DNA of 64,000 bases from Candidatus Latescibacterota bacterium (lineage in GTDB: Bacteria > Latescibacterota > UBA2968 > GCA-2709665), in assembly GCA_965208835.1 (NCBI GenBank), contig OZ242358.1, positions 3,264,001 to 3,328,000 of the forward strand. The letters are read 5' to 3'. A program made the translations under genes and the position numbers. The notes beneath the pieces are model-generated. The model had not been told where the DNA came from. It made no database searches and saw only the letters and a list, made by a program, of their open reading frames with translations. Shown in pieces: positions 60,410-64,000 of this stretch; within the stretch, counting starts at the first letter, position 1, and each line of letters starts with the position of its first letter.

Positions 60410-60886
60410 TTATCCTCGTTCATTTGCTGTCAGTGCATCCGACCAACGTCCGGCCATTTTCCTCAATTCTTCCTCGTGAATTGGCCAATCGTGAAGCGTG
60501 GCAGGATCGAAGTCAGCGTCATTAGCAGTCCGTTGATAAAGTCGCTCTGCAGGCGAGGCCGAGCCATTGTGGACGAAGACAAGGCGCGCAACCGAGTCCC
60601 ATCCTGCGATTCGGCGATGGCGCGCAACGCAGTATTTCGACCGCAAGGGCCGGCCGTAGCCCGGATGGGCTTTTTCAACGGGCTGCTGAGACCAGACGAG
60701 TGTATGCACTTCAGAATCGATGCGCACCTGATTAAATAGCACTTCATCTACCAGTGGTCCGAACAACTCGCCCTCAAGTACCGGTCGAAAATCGATATCC
60801 TGAGTCGTCTCATCGTTAAATCGGACATGAATCCGATAGGGCCCGACAATCTCGAACGAAACGACTCGGTAAATTGGATGACGCAT
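60410..60886 (-). CDS. DUF2442-family putative antitoxin carrying an in-frame 55-aa MITE-derived insert
   Basis: VRFND..IDF..L.GELFGPL...VHTLVWS[insert]NDADFDPATLHDW. Confidence 0.8.
   Translation of the reverse strand: MRHPIYRVVSFEIVGPYRIHVRFNDETTQDIDFRPVLEGELFGPLVDEVLFNQVRIDSEVHTLVWSQQPVEKAHPGYGRPLRSKYCVARHRRIAGWDSVARLVFVHNGSASPAERLYQRTANDADFDPATLHDWPIHEEELRKMAGRWSDALTANERG
60525..60686. mobile_element. 162-bp MITE with ~17-bp terminal inverted repeats
   Basis: Ends GCAGTCCGTTGATAAAG and CTTTTTCAACGGGCTGC, flanked by TTA and TGA (imperfect 3-bp TNA duplication). Confidence 0.85.
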
Positions 60887-60949
60887 TTTATCCAAACTCG
60901 CTGTGCACCGAACTTGAAGATTTGCAGTGAAGCACTTGTACCAATCGGC

Positions 60950-61169
60950 TTCCCGGGAGCGAGGGCATCCTGCCCTCGACGGCTGACTCGCGCGGCTCTG
61001 GCGCCATCATTTTCAATATGATCTCGGATGCAACGGCAACCATTGGCCCTTGATTCGAGTTTTGATGGGTTACAGGAAGTTCGAGGGCAGGATGCCCTCG
61101 CTCCGCATGTTCGTGGATCAAGCCGCAAAAGAGGGCAGATTGTCCTCGGTCGCAGGACGCTCGTGTCCG
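60950..61169. repeat. REPIN-like element homologous to 3055-3275
   Basis: Inverted GGAGCGAGGGCATCCTGCCCTCG pair. The spacer and the tail CCTCGGTCGCAGG align with the first copy. Confidence 0.75.
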
Positions 61170-61399
61170 TTTCGAAACCCTGGGGGAAATGTAACGAAAT
61201 CTACAACGGTAAGCAAAATCCGAATCGGGACAGGTGGGATTCAGTTTCTGCTCCTCGGAGTAACTCCAATAAACTCTTCAAACCGCGATTTCATAAGCTG
61301 ACGCCAATCGACCGGGTTTTCGATTCAAGCTGACGGCTGATCGATGCCCTTCCTGTTTCCGGACGGTCGGATTATGGCAATCAATTTCCGAGCGCGGAA

Positions 61400-62041
61400 C
61401 TACGGCCATTTGTAATGCCGTATCTTGGGATCGCGGTAGGTCGCCCGGGTGTCCCACCACATTGCGATGCCGATGCCGCCGCCGTCATACCTGGCATCGG
61501 CCACCTGGTTGACGAGTTTACCGTCGATATAGGTGGTCAGCGAGCGGTGCCGGGCCGATATGATGAGGTGGTACTCGCGCCCCTTCTCCAGTGCGTAGTT
61601 GACGACACTGAGCTTGGTGACACCGTGGATGCCCGGCTCACGCAACGTGACGTTGATCGTCTGCCAGGCGTAATCGAATTCGACGAAGTAGAAGCCCTTT
61701 CTGTCGTCGGTCGCGCGGAAGGGGAACTGCATGCACGAGCCCTCTTCCAGCGTGACGAAAAGCGAATACTCGTAGTTCTTCCATCCGGTATCACCCTGGA
61801 AAATATGCGACTTGCGTTCGCCGTCCAGCTTCCCGACAATGGCGTCGCCATCGCGAGACCACCCTTCGGATGACGCCGTCGATAGCCAGCCCTCGAGGCC
61901 CGTGCCCTGAAGAAGCGACTGCCAGGGGATGATCAGGCCGTCAGGGCGGCTCCGGCCATAGTCGTTGTCAGCGCCGGCATCCGCGTCGACCGTCGAAACA
62001 GAGAAGACAAACGTGAGAAGGCACACGAAGAGGATATTCAT
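61400..62041 (-). CDS. Secreted DUF1080 (concanavalin-like) protein
   Basis: Signal peptide, WQSLLQGTGLEGW, W..DG.AIVG and GGIGI. Confidence 0.7.
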   Translation of the reverse strand: MNILFVCLLTFVFSVSTVDADAGADNDYGRSRPDGLIIPWQSLLQGTGLEGWLSTASSEGWSRDGDAIVGKLDGERKSHIFQGDTGWKNYEYSLFVTLEEGSCMQFPFRATDDRKGFYFVEFDYAWQTINVTLREPGIHGVTKLSVVNYALEKGREYHLIISARHRSLTTYIDGKLVNQVADARYDGGGIGIAMWWDTRATYRDPKIRHYKWP

Positions 62042-62129
62042 ATCATCGTCCTGTTACGTTGTAATCACGCGTTGGACGACCTCCAGGCAGCGAAGGGCAT
62101 CAGCCGACAACTGAACACTCTGACTGCGT

Positions 62130-63128
62130 CTAGCCTTCTACCTCTCGCCCGTAGACCGTGCGAATCACGTCCTCGATATCGGGCTCCTGGACGGACACGT
62201 CTCGCACCCGATAGCGGGCCGATAACTCCGCGATGAGTGCGGACGCAGACACCTGGCTCCTCGCAAAGCGGATGCGGACGACGTTGTTCCGCCTTTCGAG
62301 GATCTCCGCGTGGGGATGCGCGAAGCCGCTCAGCGGCTCGCCGTCGCCGGGATCGCACTCGACGATCAGATAGCGGTGAGGGGTGATTGAGTCGACGAGC
62401 GCCGCCAGCGGACCATCTTCGATAATGCGTCCCTGGTTGATGATGATGAGTCGCTCACAGAGTTCCTCCACGTCGTCGAGGTCGTGGGTGGTCAGCAGCA
62501 CGGTGGTGCGCCGGCGCCGGTTGATGTCCAGGATGAATGTACGGATCGCCGCTTTCACCTCGATGTCCATGCCTATCGTGGGCTCGTCGAGAAACAGGAT
62601 ATCCGGCGCGTGCAGCATGGCGCCGGCCAACTCCCCGCGCATGCGTTGCCCGAGGGACAACTGCCGCACCGGTGTGTCGAGAAGATCGCCGATGCCGAGC
62701 ACCTCGCAGAGCTCGGCCAGGCTCCGCTCGAAGTCGTCGCCGGCAACGCGGTAGATCCGCTTGAAAAGCTCGTAGGATTCGCCCAGGCGAAGGTCCCAGT
62801 TCAGTTGGCTGCGCTGGCCGAACACGGCGCCAATGCGCTGTACGACCGCCCGCCGTTGCCTCTGGGGCGAGAGGCCGACGACGGAGACGCGCCCGGACGT
62901 TGGATAGAGGATGCCCGAAAGCATCTTTATCGTCGTCGACTTCCCCGCGCCATTCGGACCGATGAATCCCACCAGCTCGCCCGGCTCGATCGCAAAGCTC
63001 ACGTCGCGCACCGCGTACACTTCACGCCGGTTGGGCCGGAACAAGCCCTTTACCGCACCGGCCAGCCCCTTTTCCTTCCCGGTCACGCGGAACGTCTTGC
63101 AAACCCTCTCCAGTTCAATATGCGCCAT
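62130..63128 (-). CDS. ABC transporter ATP-binding protein
   Basis: GPNGAGKST, LSLGQ, LFLDEPT and TTHD. Confidence 0.93.
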   Translation of the reverse strand: MAHIELERVCKTFRVTGKEKGLAGAVKGLFRPNRREVYAVRDVSFAIEPGELVGFIGPNGAGKSTTIKMLSGILYPTSGRVSVVGLSPQRQRRAVVQRIGAVFGQRSQLNWDLRLGESYELFKRIYRVAGDDFERSLAELCEVLGIGDLLDTPVRQLSLGQRMRGELAGAMLHAPDILFLDEPTIGMDIEVKAAIRTFILDINRRRRTTVLLTTHDLDDVEELCERLIIINQGRIIEDGPLAALVDSITPHRYLIVECDPGDGEPLSGFAHPHAEILERRNNVVRIRFARSQVSASALIAELSARYRVRDVSVQEPDIEDVIRTVYGREVEG

Positions 63129-63131
63129 GAT

Positions 63132-63947
63132 CTACGACCCTGCACTTTCATAGCGGCGGAGGCCGGCGGCAAAGACAGCCAACGCCAGGACGAGCATGGC
63201 GACACCCACAACGGGCGTCCACAGAGCCACGTCGAGTGGCAGCGACGTGTTTGCACTCTGGCCGAGGAAGTCGCAGGCGGGGTAGAACCCGATGAAGCCG
63301 AGGGGCAGAACAAAGGTCAATAGCGCCTGCAGGGGCCACGGGTACACGGTCAGCGGATAGAACGTCCCACGCGCCATCAGTTCCATGCTGGCGTCCACCA
63401 GGGGCTGGCTTCGCATGGTCCAGAACGCGATGGAGCTGATGAGGGTGAGGTAGGACCAGTAGATCAGGGTCCCGCCGGCGATGACGAGGAGTACCTCGGC
63501 GACATTGAGCGGGGTCCAGACAAAGCCGGACAGCCTGGCCCCGTAGAGGAAGTAGCCCGCTCCGATGCCCAGGTGCACGAGGCCGACGACATTGATTCTG
63601 TGGCAGGAAAAGTGGAACGTGATCTCCAGAGGTCTGAGAAGCATCAGGTCGAACTCGCCGCGCGTGACAAACCGATCGATCTGCCGCGACTGAAATGACA
63701 GAATGGACATGACGCCGCGGCTCATCAGGCTCAGCCCGTACAGAAACGCAAGCTGTGAGAAGGTCCATCCCGACAGCGGCTGGAACCGGTCGACCAGTAC
63801 CTTGAGGGCGACGCCGATCCAGATGTAGTTGAAGCCCAGACCGAGGCAGATGCTCAGCAGTGAGAACGGATACTCCAACGCCCGTTGCATCGACAAACGG
63901 CCATACATGGCTCCAACGGACAGGTGATGACGCAAGTCGGCGATCAC
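63132..63947 (-). CDS. ABC-2 family permease (DUF990-like)
   Basis: GEFDLMLLRP, YPLTVY and GLRRYESAGS. Confidence 0.88.
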   Translation of the reverse strand: MIADLRHHLSVGAMYGRLSMQRALEYPFSLLSICLGLGFNYIWIGVALKVLVDRFQPLSGWTFSQLAFLYGLSLMSRGVMSILSFQSRQIDRFVTRGEFDLMLLRPLEITFHFSCHRINVVGLVHLGIGAGYFLYGARLSGFVWTPLNVAEVLLVIAGGTLIYWSYLTLISSIAFWTMRSQPLVDASMELMARGTFYPLTVYPWPLQALLTFVLPLGFIGFYPACDFLGQSANTSLPLDVALWTPVVGVAMLVLALAVFAAGLRRYESAGS

Positions 63948-63955
63948 GGGACTAC

Positions 63956-64000
63956 CTATCCTCCCTGAACGAAGACCCGCCGCTGGGCGCGTTTCCAGAC
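63956..64000 (-). CDS. C-terminal end of a second ABC-2 permease (partial)
   Basis: Manual translation VWKRAQRRVFVQGG*, a typical terminus for this family. Confidence 0.7.
   Translation of the reverse strand, partial: VWKRAQRRVFVQGG

Overview
Bacterial, GC-rich 64 kb accessory region. No rRNA, tRNA, CRISPR array, intact transposase or integrase was recognised. Most of the window is a long run of small, unrelated, co-oriented minus-strand genes: GNAT, VOC, NUDIX, HIT, methyltransferases, phosphotransferases, sulfotransferases and an interrupted AAC(3). Several of the spacers contain eroded attC-like sites, which suggests a decaying integron-type cassette array without its integrase. The most striking locus is a plus-strand operon at 10198-15390 behind a near-consensus sigma70 promoter. 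It encodes a hypothetical protein, an apparently inactive BrxD/DUF2791-like ATPase, an intact BrxD/DUF2791-like ATPase and a SNF2 helicase with an unusual N-terminal domain. It is met head-on by an Mrr-like endonuclease gene that lies downstream of a perfect sigma54 motif. No PglZ, PglX or BrxC genes are present, so this is a candidate undescribed defence or DNA-processing system. Other notable items are a 165-bp MITE inserted in frame into a DUF2442 gene, three genes each broken by one in-frame stop codon, a NylC-like hydrolase, an atypical sirtuin, an extended ECF sigma factor and several families of nested REP/REPIN-like repeats. All family assignments come from motif recognition by eye, not from database searches.
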